NCBI RefSeq assembly: GCF_964355755.1
Contig: NC_092670.1
Span: 13,006,795-13,070,794 of the forward strand
Origin: Antedon mediterranea
Taxonomy: Eukaryota > Animalia > Echinodermata
Direction of reading: 5' to 3'
DNA: 64,000 bases
The translations under genes and the position numbers were made by a program. The notes under the pieces were generated by a model that saw only the letters and a program-made list of their open reading frames with translations, was not told where the DNA came from and did not search any database. This document shows positions 39,339 to 53,401 of this stretch, piece by piece. How positions within the stretch are numbered: the first letter of the stretch is position 1; every line of letters begins with the position of its first letter.

Positions 39339-42160
39339 GTTGTAAAATAACAGTGGTTATTCTCTTGTTTTCATTTCTAAAAAAAGTTGATAGTACCGGT
39401 AATGTAGAAAACAATTAGGTATAGGAAATATACCTATGCTGGAGTATTGCTGTGCATTAAAACCTGTTTATAATTACTTCGTCGTTGTAAGTTTCTAAAC
39501 TCACCAGTTAGTTCTACCGCCAATTTTGAGGTGGTCACCATGTTTATAAGAATCTAGTCTAGAATGTGTGAAGAGCTACGATCGTCTTTAAAAGCGGTTT
39601 TACAGACCACATTTTATGCCGGTCTTTAAGTAGAATGATTCTAATTATAAACCAAATCTGCTAATAAAGACCACTAAATCCCTGATCGACTTTCATTGGA
39701 GACCAAATTGCAAAAGGAAAACACAAATAATATAGGCTATGTATAGCCACAAACCAGAGTAACTTTTAGAGGCCATACCAGGGAACCCAACTGGCCATAA
39801 AAGAGATCCATCATAGACTTCTGGCCTACAAAAAGCCAAACTGCTCAAAGTGATATTTTATTAAGTGTTTTTTGATGATTGAATCTTACCTTGATAGTTG
39901 TTAAAAATCATTCCAATATACAGCAATATTATTAGTCAATTTATTTCCAATAGGGTAGTATTACTTCTTCTAAACTTGTAACCCGCAAACAACATAGATA
40001 TAGGGTCCATGTATATTGTATATACACGGAAGTATTATAATAAACTATTGTATGTATACACAATGCATTTATAGTTGAATAGCTAATTACAATAACAGCT
40101 TCTAGCCCACTCTTTCAATATTTTACTTTGTAACCAATATTAAGCTTTATCCATAATATATACCGCTTGGTAAAATTAGTATGTATGTTATAAGAAGTTG
40201 CTGTTTTTATATAAATGTTTGGGGTTATCCGTAGAAAGTGAACAAACCATTCTGGACCCACCGTCATCAAAGCGGGAGTGAGGCATGCGTGACCGGCAGA
40301 AGGCCGTACGTACACAATGACGTAACTTTATCGTAGTAAAGTATAATCATTCATCAGGACGTTACGGTATTACTTGGCATGAGAAATAATTGTCAGGCAT
40401 TTGCAAAGTATATTACTTGCTTTGTATGTTTCGGTTTTACCATGACTCAAACTCAAAACCTCTTCTTTCTACTGAGGTAACGATTAGGCCTACTGTGTGT
40501 TTCTTTCCATTATCCTGCTAATGCTATGCATTCACACTTGTTCTGTTTCACGGAACGAAAGATGGCGCCGTTTCTGTATACGATTTTCCATTATTTATTT
40601 ACTTCCGTTCCGTAAAACGTAACAAGTGTACGTGATTTTAGATTAATAGTGTTTCTTTCTTAAACGAATTTGACGCGCCTGAATCATCGCTCAACAAAGA
40701 CTTTGCTCAGTTTCTGAGTGATTTAAAGCGTGCCATAATACCGGCAAGGGTTCGAGGCTCACTCTCACCATTGTTCTGGCGGTAGTCTTCTCGGATAAGG
40801 ACTATGAACCGTCGGTCCAGTGTACACATTTAGCTCGTGTGCACTTTAACCTATAGTACATTTTTCGAAACGAGTAGTGGAGCAAATTATTATAATTTCA
40901 GTTATGATTTAACACACAGTGGTTGACTGGTTTCATGTGCTATTGAACAAGTGTATCATTATCTTTCATATTCAACATTCATCATTATCTTTGTCATCAT
41001 AAATAATTACTATATCACAATAATAACAATAATCTTCATTTATCACTGTCGGCATCAGTAGAATTGACAAAATCATGTTATCCATTCCAAATACGAAATT
41101 AAACTTTACTAAATCGAATATTTGTATTTTATAATTTATTAATCAATCAAACACTTTATGATTCAAGAAATAAGTTGTATATTTATAACTGTATATATGT
41201 GTTAATGATTATGATGCGGACCTATATTCTCTTGAGTTCTTTAAAAGCCAGATGACCAAAACATCGAGAACATAGAGAAATGGCGTTGAAGTATTTGGTT
41301 TAGTGAAGCCAATAATATAAGCTAAGACGTATAAAAGTTCCTTTTTTAAAGAATTAAATTACGATATTTTTCTTGAGGAACTGCTTGTATTATAAATATC
41401 ATTCATGTTTTAAAAATGTAATAAATATATGAAGTAAGTTTTTGTATAATTTAGACTAAATAAATGTCATAAACAGTATTCTTTAAAAATTACATTACAT
41501 TTCACGCTTCTTTGGTTTCGACAGTTGTCATTGGTTATTGTTATTATTCAAATGACAATGATCACTATTATTATTATTTATCACATTTGAATACAATAAA
41601 TTACTGTTTTTGGCTTTTGGCATAAATGGCAATATTGAGAGGTTCATTAATTATTGTACGGTTCAAAAATTGTTTTCTTGGGTTTTTCAAGTTTACTTTT
41701 ACATTCTCGATCACACTTTCTGGCTGTGACATATACACAATATTAGGCCTAATACATACAATATTTTAAGCAAATGTTTGAAATAGTAATTTTCCATAGA
41801 TCGTTCGTACGTTAAATTATTTACAAGTCCATGCCATGCACATTGCACAATATTAGACGCTAAAATATGGAATAACGTGATCATCAATAGAGTGGTCAGT
41901 AATAGACATATCAATAATTGGAAGGTCAATAAACGGATTGGTAAATTTTGGAGGGCTCAATAATTGGAGTATAATCATTAAATGGAGATAATATTACTTA
42001 GTAAACTGTCGATAGTTTAAATAAGGATTTAACATAATAATCAGTACTGTACACTAAATACATAAAGTAATCTGCAACAAATGTAAATACATGAAAAAGA
42101 ACGCAGAGGAAGGTAAATATTAGTTGATCTAAAATCCTAATCCAAACGATCTCAATGATA

Positions 42161-42897
42161 AACAAGGCCATATAGATGGCTGCAGTCGCATGCTCATTAG
42201 TGTTTAACGAACCGACAGACCAACCTACCAACTGACCGAAATTACTGAACATGTTTAAAAATGTTGAAATGTTTAAAAACATCTATATTTTTTTAATTTA
42301 CACGTGCGTAGCCTGTCACTTTTGACGTGCTCGTATAACGTAATTTCGAGTTGAAAAGTAAGTCAAGAAAACAGAAATCGGGCAAAAAGATTGCGCAATA
42401 ACATTTAACGCGCAGTGCGTGCGCAAAAATCTGCGCACTCATGGCAATTTTGTAAAAGCTTAAATTGCCTGAAACGTACTCTTATTTCATCGAAAATAAA
42501 TTTTGAAAATTTTAAGCGCGCGTACGCATACGTTGCATGCGCTACGCACGTAATTGTATTGCCATATGATGATTTATGCCCTGAAATTTATGAGTACCAA
42601 ATTTTATTTAATTGTGATTCATGGTTGTGAAGATATGATTACAAACGTGATTTCGGTAAATCGTGCGTAGACCGCCTAATTTTTTATTGCGCACCGTGAA
42701 AACATAACCACATCGATTCCTGACCATAAGGAATATACTGTGAAAAATTTACTTAGCTAGATTAAACTGATATCAAGATAAGGTCAGAAAGCGATAAAAC
42801 GCATAGTGATACCGGACCGACAGACCAACCGACAGACCGACCGACCGACAGACCGACCGACATAGTGAACTATAGAGTCGCGTCCACGCGACTAAAA
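42161..42897 (-). mobile_element. HINE/DINE-1-like element, long form
   Basis: Reverse complement of 19028-19700 joined to the 3' end of the short family members (GCAGCCATCTATATGGCCTTGTT). Confidence 0.75.
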
Positions 42898-43702
42898 AAA
42901 ACCACACACAACAATGCATAATTAAGTTTAAGCTAAGTTTGGCTCTAACTAATGATTTCTGTTCAAATCATTTCTGTTTTAAAACTCAATTTGATATTGT
43001 TTTTCTTGAATTGTAAAACTTTCGGCGTGTATTCAAGAGAAACAAAACATAAGTAGAATGTCTTTACAATTAGTTACAACTTGGTTAAGGGTTTGTTTAT
43101 GGTCTATGATATTACGAGATATACATTATTGTGAATTTGTTGTATGTACATTAACCAAATATTCTTAAAATACTGGATAAACAGGCACGAATGTGCGATA
43201 CACGGGGTACAGCAAAAGAAGCTGTAATGACGTTATAAGACGGGATGTGACGTCACATATACATCAATAACCTCGGTACCAAATACGGTTATATGGTACC
43301 ATCTTCGAGACGTCATATGGCTGCATCCGGTTTGAAATTTAAAAAAATCCGGCTCTATAGCTTTGAGAACATGTCCCTGTAGTATATTCATGCCAAATCC
43401 CAGCTCAATACTACAACGAATAAGGGATCGGAGGAGTAGTACTTTATAAATCTCACTTTCTACTCAATAGTGTCGGATGGAGGAGAAGATGAGAGAGTCC
43501 TAGACTCGGGTACCCCGAGTAATAAAAACAAATACAGTAGTACCGAGAAACGGGTGATGTTGACAATGCTTAAAACAGTGTATACCATTTTGTGAACCCT
43601 TCGAATGGAAATATTACCCTTGGAACTCTTCCAAAACAAATTCCCACATTCTTTCAAAATGTGTGTAGGCCTACGTTTTGTTAAGCCTATAGTTTGCTAT
43701 TA

Positions 43703-46251
43703 TCACTTTGGTGAAAACCCCATATATGATGGATTTTTGTTTTGTACATTTGAGTTCTCTTTCATTTTAACATTTTGATAAGTAGGTTCAGCTCGATCTG
43801 GATCGTGTAGTTCTTCTTCACCGTCACTTGACGCCCCAACCTCAAAAGGAATTAACTCTTGTGGTCCACAGCTGACATCCCCCACATCCGCAACTCCTTG
43901 TGAAAATATACCGCCGGTTGCACTCAGAGGTTGAATATCTGGTGTCAGAGGAAGCGACCGTCGTGACTTGTCATAGCCTAAATAAAAGACAATTAGAATC
44001 ATTCAACAATGCGCAAAACAGTTATTCTTATAGTAGAAGCAGAATATTAAAAAAAAACATTTTTTTTTACCCAAAATGTCTGTAATTTTGTCAACTTGAT
44101 CTGCTGCATCGGCCATTCTACACCTTCGGAGATGGGGTAAAAGCTCTTTAAAATCGTTGTCGTTCATATTAAGATATCTGATGATAGCCAGCTCTAGAGA
44201 AATATAGTTCTTTTCTTCTTGGTCGAAACATTGATACAGGAACTCTTCAAATTCTGGTGTCAGGCCCTTTTTGATGACAGGACAGATTATGTCCATGTTT
44301 TCCTTGCTTAAGTTAGTTTGTGGTTTTTTAAAATGGTTTTCCCTGTTCTCAGTAAGATTTATTTTGGTTGTGTGTACATTTCCGGTAACTTCTACATGAT
44401 GTATATCGGATGCGTTTAAAGCATCCGATATAGGGATGCTGAATGTAACTGAAGATAATTTGCTATCAAAAACACTTGCAAGGTAGTTATGTTCTTCTTT
44501 ATATAATGACACCTGTAAAACATCATAGAAAAAAAAAGATTTATTTATTATTTACAATTCTACAAAATGCACTTATTCACGGATCATAGTAAATGTTGTG
44601 CAAGCAGTACAAATTGCTTTATCAAGTATGGACATTAATGTACAATGATACAACATTATTAATACAATGATCTCTATTCTATATTATTGAATTTTTTTCG
44701 GGATTTTTTTTATAAAATAATATTACACATTTCAGTAACGCTCATCTTATTTGGCCTAATTTACTCAGTACCAATTTTCCTCCTCAATGGTACATTTACG
44801 TTTTCTTATACATACCTCGTGACCTTCAAAAATGATATTAATTTTTGAATCCTCACTGCAATAGCAGTGCTTCTCTGAATTCAATGAGTTGATTGGATCT
44901 TCATTCTATAGTTAGAGATATCAATCACACTGGTTATATAATAATAGTTCAATTAAAAAAAGTAGTACTGTACACAGTTCCAATCAATTTAGATCATCTT
45001 GTCAGGTCAAGCCTGTCTAGTGTCGGAAATGAATATTCAGAAGAAATAGTTGTAGTAGAATATTTTGTTTATAAATGGCATTGAAGAATAGAAATTTAAA
45101 TGCAAATGCTACTTACATCAACTTTCCTAAATTTAACTTGAATCTCTTCTTTTCCATGGACAGATGATGATTTACATGCGCTTATCTCAAAAAGTCTCAT
45201 CCGTTCAAGTTCTGAACCATCTTCGTTTGCTTGGTCTACTGCTGCATTGAACTTTGTGAAGTGGTTCACTATTATACAAATCTTGTTATTCTTAATGTAT
45301 GCCATGCAATCAAGCTTGTACATCTTAGTCCAGTCGCCATCTCCTTGTTTACAGGATACAAGGGATCTTGGTTTTTGTAGACATTTTTCAGGTATGTTAC
45401 CGAACAGCTCGATACGAAGTGTCACGTACATGTCGAATGTAAGACCTGGTGGACCGCACATTACTTCTGGACATAGCGGAATCTTTCCATCGGTTTTCAT
45501 ATATCCTAAGTTATATATGAAAATATACGTCTGATTTGGCAACGCGCCTTCTGGAATTGTCAATAAGATCATGCCTAATGTAAGCGTTGCACCTTCCTTG
45601 TCAACAGTCGCAACTAACATTCGTTTATCTTCAGATAGTATGTATTTCAAACCTGGATTATCCTTTAAATATCTCTTTAAACCAGTGTACATACTCTTAA
45701 TTTCAGGTTCCTTTATGGTGTTGTCTGGAACGTGTCCGGATTCTTCCTGCTGCGAATAAAAAAACACAAAAATCAATGTTTACTATTCATTATTGTACAT
45801 AATTGAATATTGTCGATCAGATCAACTTTTTGTTTGTAGGCCTATTCACAAATTTAAAAATAACAGTATTAATAATAATAGTTTATTGTTATATAGTGCT
45901 GAAATATATTATATATAATGTTAAATAATGTTGCATAAGGTTTATATTAATTTGGTTTATTTGTTTTGGTTTAGTGCAATCTTTTGGTAAATGATACATT
46001 TTTTACAATCTGAAAAAAAACCTTTAAAATTGTAAACTTGTATTTCCATGTACCTTAATGGTTCCTGGTTGTTCGTATGTGTGAACATCGTCCTCACCAT
46101 TCGACTCTTCTTCTCTGTCTTTCTGAATGGTGCAATATGCACTTAGGCGATTTTCTTCAGACGAATTCGTCGTCGTGACATTGGTCATTTTTTTCTTTTG
46201 TTGTTGATGATCATTGTCATATTTTGGTTGGTGATCGTTGTCATGATCCAT
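43703..46251 (-). CDS. Paralog E: ZU5-UPA-like-death domain protein, about 544 aa
   Basis: Exons 46251-46054, 45746-45117, 44905-44816, 44512-44071, 43977-43703; GT-AG and phase-consistent. VNHFTKF. An alternative upstream ATG lies at 46284. Confidence 0.85.
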
Positions 46252-47753
46252 TGGTACATTTTTGGAATTCCCGATATTCAGCATGACATTTTCCCTGTTG
46301 TAGAAAACTACCTCTTCTCCTTGTCTAAGAGCAATTAGCAAAACAACAAGTTAAAATTTGGGAATTAGCGTCATATAATCAAACGAATTTGTGGCTTAAT
46401 TTGACGTAAAGAATGTAATGAATGCCCAAACTCCTATTGCCTAATACTACTAAAACTACAAATTGTATTATTATGTACTAAATAAACAAAAATACAATAC
46501 AAAACACCTATAGCATATTACTTACTAATCTTGACCTTTCTTTCTTTCTTTATAATTTTGGCCTTCGGCCCATATTACATAATAACATGAATCAATATTT
46601 AGGCGGTCGTTTCTTAAACGAAAGCATTTTCTAAAACATTAAAATACAATTATTTCTCTTGATTTGGACATTCCTGAAGTTAAAACTTTTTTCAATGTAT
46701 ATAGCAAACAATCTTAATTCTTTTTTATTTCTAAATACATAATTCAAATAGGCCATAAGATTATTTGTTTTCTGTTTAAATATAATATTTCTTCTGGAAG
46801 GCACTCAAACTCAATGTAATGGTCTGTGCCGGTTTGACTATAGGTCGCAGATCGATTCAAATCCTATATTTAATTCAGTAAGAGCTTGAATACGCATCTA
46901 TTGAAAGTTTGTTGTTAGTTAAGAAAACAGTCCGTGTGACGTGTATTTTTGTGTGACTTGAATAATATTCGTGTGACAAGAGAGTACCTACAACATATAA
47001 ATTGAATCGCTTTACGTAATACGAAGGACACTCAAGGCCACGTGACACGCGTAATACACGCAAGGACGAATTACAGATCGAGATAAAAAGTCTCGCGCGT
47101 GACACGCATATAACATTTGACATCTAACATTAAAACGAGTAGGTCTACCGTCTGTTATGGTAAATGATGAAATTCATTATCATTAACTCTCTGGTTTAGT
47201 CATTTTTAAATAAGTTGTTATACTGTACTAATGTTGGTGTTAGATTGTTTATTAGCGCCCTCTACAATTTATCTATTTAAAATGTTACAGCGCCCTCTAA
47301 ATGATTTCATAACGCCTCCAAATATATAATTTTCTAACGTCTGAAAACCATATACGAAGTTATATTGAATTATAATATGGCTGAATTAAAACAGTCAGAG
47401 CTCTGTGTCTGATGCATAAATTACTGTAGGCCTATCTACAAACAAAAACTCTACTTAATGCCGTTAGTAATTAAGTAACATTATCACGTTAAATCAGAAA
47501 TGATAGACTCTAAACAATTATATTTTAATCTCACCAACCTAACTTGGTTCACGGTGGGCACAACCTTTGAAGACGATAACGATTTTCCCCGATATTGACG
47601 TTGAAAATGTAATGTATTATAGAGAAAGATTGTCCGTAAATGTTTCCCGACTGTAGGCTACTGACTATCATAAAATAACATCTTAACTGCACAAAGTAAG
47701 GTTTTTAAATGTCACAGTGGCACTCAACTGTGAAACAATTGTACCGATAGTAT

Positions 47754-47785
47754 TGAGTCATGCTATAATAAAAAGGGGGAATTTT
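47754..47785. promoter_or_regulatory. Conserved AP-1 / AT-rich / kB-like module upstream of paralog E
   Basis: TGAGTCATGCTATAATAAAAAGGGGGAATTTT. Confidence 0.45.
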
Positions 47786-49137
47786 ATTCTATGCACCTTA
47801 CAGAAGAATGTATTAAATTGTTGCCCACGTCTATACATAATATGCAGTTTATTGTTATAGGCCTACTAAATAAATAATGTAATCGCAGTTAGCTAAACTT
47901 CTTAATAAGGTCAGTGTCCTTAATTACTCAAAAGTCAAGCAGGTCGAGGCATAGTTCCTTAATTAAATTTTCGCGAGCCGAACCTATCTATATCTCCCTT
48001 TCCATCCCTGTTTAAAAGTTTGAACATCCGGGTTATTCGTTATTTCTCATCTCGCCCTCATTTCAAAGAATTCTGTCCGACACTGGGATTCGCGTATTCA
48101 CGTGTGTGTGCTAAAGGCACCATGTGATTAGATTTCTTATTACCAAATATTCTTATGATACTGGGCAAATATATTCTCGTATGTGGAAGTACAGCCCTGG
48201 AATTCGGGTAGGACATTGTGGATGCATGGACAAGCCAATTGAATGTTTCTATGCCATTTGAAACTTAAAGTGATAAATTATGTATCCACCAGACAGTTTT
48301 AAAGTAACATTTTACAACTACTTGCTTTCACCGAAACAGCAATCAGAAAAGTTGATCGTTACTTTATAGACTAATGCAGTTTCATGAAGCAGGAAGAACA
48401 TTATCGTCAATATACAGTAGATCTGTCTAGTAAGCCTTTGATATAATAGTTTATATAAATCCTAAAATAAGGCATACACACTCCACATTGACACGTTTTG
48501 GTATTCCCCATTATTATTCCGTTTATTATAACTAATTTTTAGCCTTGGGTAAATAAACATGTATACTTTTCGTTACGTATAGTAGTGAGGAATTTCTAAA
48601 AAGCTAGAATGAAAACAATAAACAACAATAGACTGCTTTGCGGTACTGTATTGTTAAAAAGTCCGTGAACTTTCTTTTACGGAATACTAATGCCAGTTCC
48701 CTTGTTAAGCAGGGACCCAGGTACCTGTAGGTACCTTGCCCGTACATCCAGGAAGTATACGGTAGGCCTACTGTTAAATAGTAATGGTATTTGTTTTTTA
48801 GTTGACATTTTACAGTACCGGACCCAAATGTAGTTTCACTTTAAAAATACATAATAAAGAATAATTTCACTCTACAAAACATATAACTATTCTTTACTGT
48901 GCAATTTTTTAGTTCAATTAAAATTCCATGACTAAATTTTTAGATGCTTCTCTGATTAGACTTGCTCTATGTCGATGTGTGTTTGTAAAGGATTATACCT
49001 ATGAAACTTAAACCAATTTTTACGTAGAATTGTCGTCTAAAACCAGACTATTTTTTAGTCTTTATAATTGTTTATGAATTACACGCGTGCTACGTGTGTC
49101 ACACGTGGATGAATAGGGAAAATTCATTTATTTATTA

Positions 49138-49430
49138 TTTATTTACGCTGGGTGACCTCTTCAGTCAAAGACTTCTCTCGCCCATAGGGCCCAGTTATGA
49201 TTAATGGGTGCGAGTGATTTGTGTACTAGTACAACGGTGTAAACCCCTACTCATCTCGAAAGAGAGATAAAGTGAACATGATCTAGATATGTACACTGGA
49301 CCTACAATGTATAGTCCTTATCCGAGAAGACTTGTTCTACCACCAGAACCATGGAGTGAATGAGCTTCTAACCCTTGCCTATGTTTTGGCTACGTAATTA
49401 CGGTTCCACTGTCTTAACCTGATCGGTACC
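49138..49430 (-). mobile_element. SINE (Deu/Nin-like body); related plus-strand fragment at ~40745-40880
   Basis: Both share GTTCTGG.GGTAG..AGTCTTCTCGGATAAGGACTAT...GGTCCAGTGTACA...TCGA.A.GAGTAG. Confidence 0.55.
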
Positions 49431-52400
49431 TATACGATAAAGAAATAAATCAATTCTTCTTCATGCTTACTTAAATTAACAAATGGAACACAGACGATAA
49501 AGAAATAATATAAACACGGTGCATACATTATCCTTTGCTCAATAGTAACACTAAACAAACAAACTAACAAATAAATAAATAAATTAACAAACAATATTTA
49601 TGACCTATTTGCTCATACTCGGGTAAGTATTAACACAACATTGTGGTAAAGGGTTTTATTCATTACCAATTATGAAATTATGAATGAATATAAATACCTG
49701 TATAAGTACCTGGGTAGGCCTACATGCATAAATAATAATTGCGCAATAATAAAATCGATTATTCTATAAATATACCCTAAGGTAACCAGTGACATCAGAT
49801 TTCTATATTTAAAATTAAGGTATTATCCAATATACAGAAAGGAAATAACAATTTTTATTTCCTGTTAATTTTCTATTTTTGTGAATTTCAAGGTTTAAGA
49901 TTATTTTCATTTTTTAAAGAAACTACTGTGGTACAACTTAAAAAGTATATTAGTATATAACATGTTTAGAAATTAACAATTTATTTCTAAATATCCTAAA
50001 ATATTTTTCCTACATATAGCTGACATTTTTTGTGCCAAACTTGTTGTAGGTAATTGAATAAATATTTTCTTTTTTTTTAACTGAACCTCACCTGTGGTGT
50101 AGTATCGATTCAAAAATAAAGGTTCAACATATTAACAAATAAACTATTTGTATTATTTCGTTGTATTATTTAACTAAACTTAAACATTTAGAAACTATAT
50201 TAGTCATTATCATGTAGGTAATAGTGGGTGGTGCATTTACAATGATTAACAGATTGCTAGTACTCCAGCAAACTTCGAATTTTTCAAGAAAAGTTTATAG
50301 TGCTAGTGTATAGATGACAAGTTGATACACTCCGGAAAACTGCAGTAACGCTCTTTAATGTAGGCTTCAAATATGCCAACTGACAACCTTTTGCAACTGC
50401 TGAAAACTTGTTTGCAGACTAAGTTAAGTTTATGCACCTTGCCTAGTCTATACTAGCAAACATTAGTTTGTAAAAAAATCGACAGTGTAGGCTAGTCTGG
50501 CTAGTTTGAGGTTTTTGAACTAGTCAACGAATCAAGCAGTATTTGTGATGGACAAAATTACAGCGCAGAAAAACTAGTGTAAAGGTATGAGGTATATATA
50601 TTATATAAACTTGGAGTTTTAAAACAATGATTGGTAGTCTATACACCGTACTGCTACTCCGAGAAAAATAGAGGACAGTTGAGGAATCAAGTTGCTGTTA
50701 ATTTGTCATAATATTGTTTTGTAATATTACACATTATTATGGCTGTGATTAGAATTTATTAACATTAAAATACATTCCTTTTGCAAAAACGTCGCTGTTA
50801 GGCCTTTAGACCTGTTCTCGATATTATTTTTTCAATTTAATAAAAAGTTAAACCAGTGAAGTATACAAAATTACTCCACTTCTAAAGAGTTATGTAGAGC
50901 ATTTTGTGTATATGCTTTTTCTTGTGAACAAGAATGCCAACTTTTAAGAAGGATAGTGAATAAAATTACTTATGGTTATCCTTGGCAATCTTCAAAAAGT
51001 ACCAAAAAGGTTTGTTTCAAAATAATAAATAAGTTGCATTATGTAAAATTGTTCTACTTATTGTATCATTATTGATTTATAATTATCTTTCTGAAAAAAA
51101 TAGAAGCAAAATAGACCATTTCAGTTTTATCTTGAATTGACAAAGGTTTAAGAAAAACTGAGATGAAAAATACGTTATGCAAAGCTCTATTTTATTTTTG
51201 TGAACATTCAAATGTGTATTATGTACGTGAGCAATCCACCTTGGTGGAACCCAACATGTATATGGAGAAGCAAATACAAGTTATTGGATACGGATACATT
51301 TAAGTTACAAAACATAAACTAATAATTGTAATTCCTAGTATTCTAATTGCATACGTATCTTGAATTATTATTTAATTAATATAATTTTTATCAATAGTAT
51401 TTGTTGGCGTCTGTGATTGCCGTAATTGCTTTTGAGAATAATTGAAAACAATTCGACATTTTTTCTCCTATTTAAATGGAAGTTATTTACCTGTTCGAAT
51501 AATTTGTCTTCTCTTTTAGCATTTCTTCGTTGGCGTTGGCATTGATTTTACACCACAATTTACATGCTCTCCTGTGTATGGCATTGCATAATCAATATAT
51601 TACACCAGTGTAGCACAGGAACTGACTATCTGCACATCAATACCGCGTATAATATAGTGCTCGTGCTCCGCATACTACTTTTTTTGGCAATCCCCATAAT
51701 GTTTAAAAAAATAACTATTATAGTTTTAAAAGTTATATATTATCATTCGTCAGCTTACACTGTGTTTCATCTACCATTTACAATATACTTTATTTGTATT
51801 AGGACAATGTGTGGGTTGTGTCCATTATAAGTCATGCGCAGGTCCCTTTAAAAGGATTTAATAGTTTTAAATGACAATATGATGTTCCCTTTATCTATTC
51901 GTTTTATCTATTGATGATACCTTTCTCTAATACCAGTGACATTTTCCTCCAGTAGTTCCTTGTGTATTGCGAATTTTTAAAAATATACATTTAACAAAAT
52001 CGCGGAAGTTACAGGCGATTTTTTTATAATGGGTTTTTTTTGTTATCGTGAATGACTAAGAAAATAAAAGTTACTTTATCGCAAAATTTAGTTAGCCTTA
52101 TTGTTACGAATAATACCATAATGAGTGAATTTTACTTCCTTAATTCTAAATAAGAAATTGGGTAATAACCAAAAACATAAAATAAAATTAAAAATTACCA
52201 CACAGAATAACTTATTGGAAATACCAACTTTTTAAAACCAAGCTATTTAAAGATGTATTGTCCCTTTGACTAATTCCAAAAAAATAAAAAATAATAGATT
52301 TCGAAAAAAGGTGGGTCATTTTGAAGTATCATAATAGTTATTAACTATCACCAAACATTTTTCGGGAAAAAAAAAATTTAACTGAAATACAGACGTTTTT

Positions 52401-52950
52401 TTGTTAAAAAAATAACTTTGACTTCCAGTCAAAGTTTTCAATCAAAACATATCCCATAATGAAACGCGCTTGTTTGGCTACTCTGTATGCATAATCATAA
52501 AACCTCCTCATGATCTGTGTGAAAATACCTTCTTAACCATGACGAGTTGTAAACAATCCTAATTTAGCATGCATAATGTGTACTCATGGTTTGAAATCTT
52601 TGTTTACTTTCGCTCGTGACGATTTTCCAGACGAAATGTAATCAAACTAATTTACCTGTTAATTACGTAAACTTGTTGTTTTTGGCTCAAATTTTCGACT
52701 TAAAGTGAATAACTTTAATATTTCTTTGATATGGCCACTTTAAATTTAGAATATTTTGACCTTCATTTTTTTGTGTTTCAAGGGACAATACATCTTTAAT
52801 TCAATTCAATTCAATCATTAACCCTGAAGACGTGGCCCGTATCCCATACGGTGTAATTTACTGTTCCAGGACGCGAGGCCTGTATATTTACAGGTAGACT
52901 TTTTGGGGTCACTGAAACTTTATGAGCATTTGACCTTTGACCTAGTTAAA

Positions 52951-53401
52951 CAAAATGCAATTTTTCGGAAGACCAAACAATTTCACATAACAATAAAACC
53001 AACAATTGCAGAAAGTTACAGTCATAAAAATGTATTTTGCGTTTTTTCTAAACCTATTAAAAATACCATATTTATCCTCGGTCACCTGGGGTTAAAACCT
53101 CGCGTCTTCAATAAACTAATAATAATTATAGGAACCCTGACTGTATCAGAAGAGTAAAATAGCAATGTAAAAGTATAGCAAACTACATGGAGAATGCTAG
53201 CTCTTCTGATACAGTCAGGGTTCCTATATAATATTAGTTTATTGAAGACGCGAGGTTTATATCCCAGGTGACTGAGGATAAATAAGGTATTTTAATAGGT
53301 TTAGAAAAAACGCAAAATACATTTTTATGACTGTAACTTTCTGCAATTGTTGGTTTTATTGTTATGTGAAATTGTTTGGTCTTCCGAAAAATTGCATTTT
53401 G
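52951..53401. repeat. Long near-perfect inverted repeat (foldback/MITE), ~200-bp arms, ~46-bp spacer
   Basis: 52951-53154 is the reverse complement of 53201-53401 with few mismatches. Confidence 0.9.
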
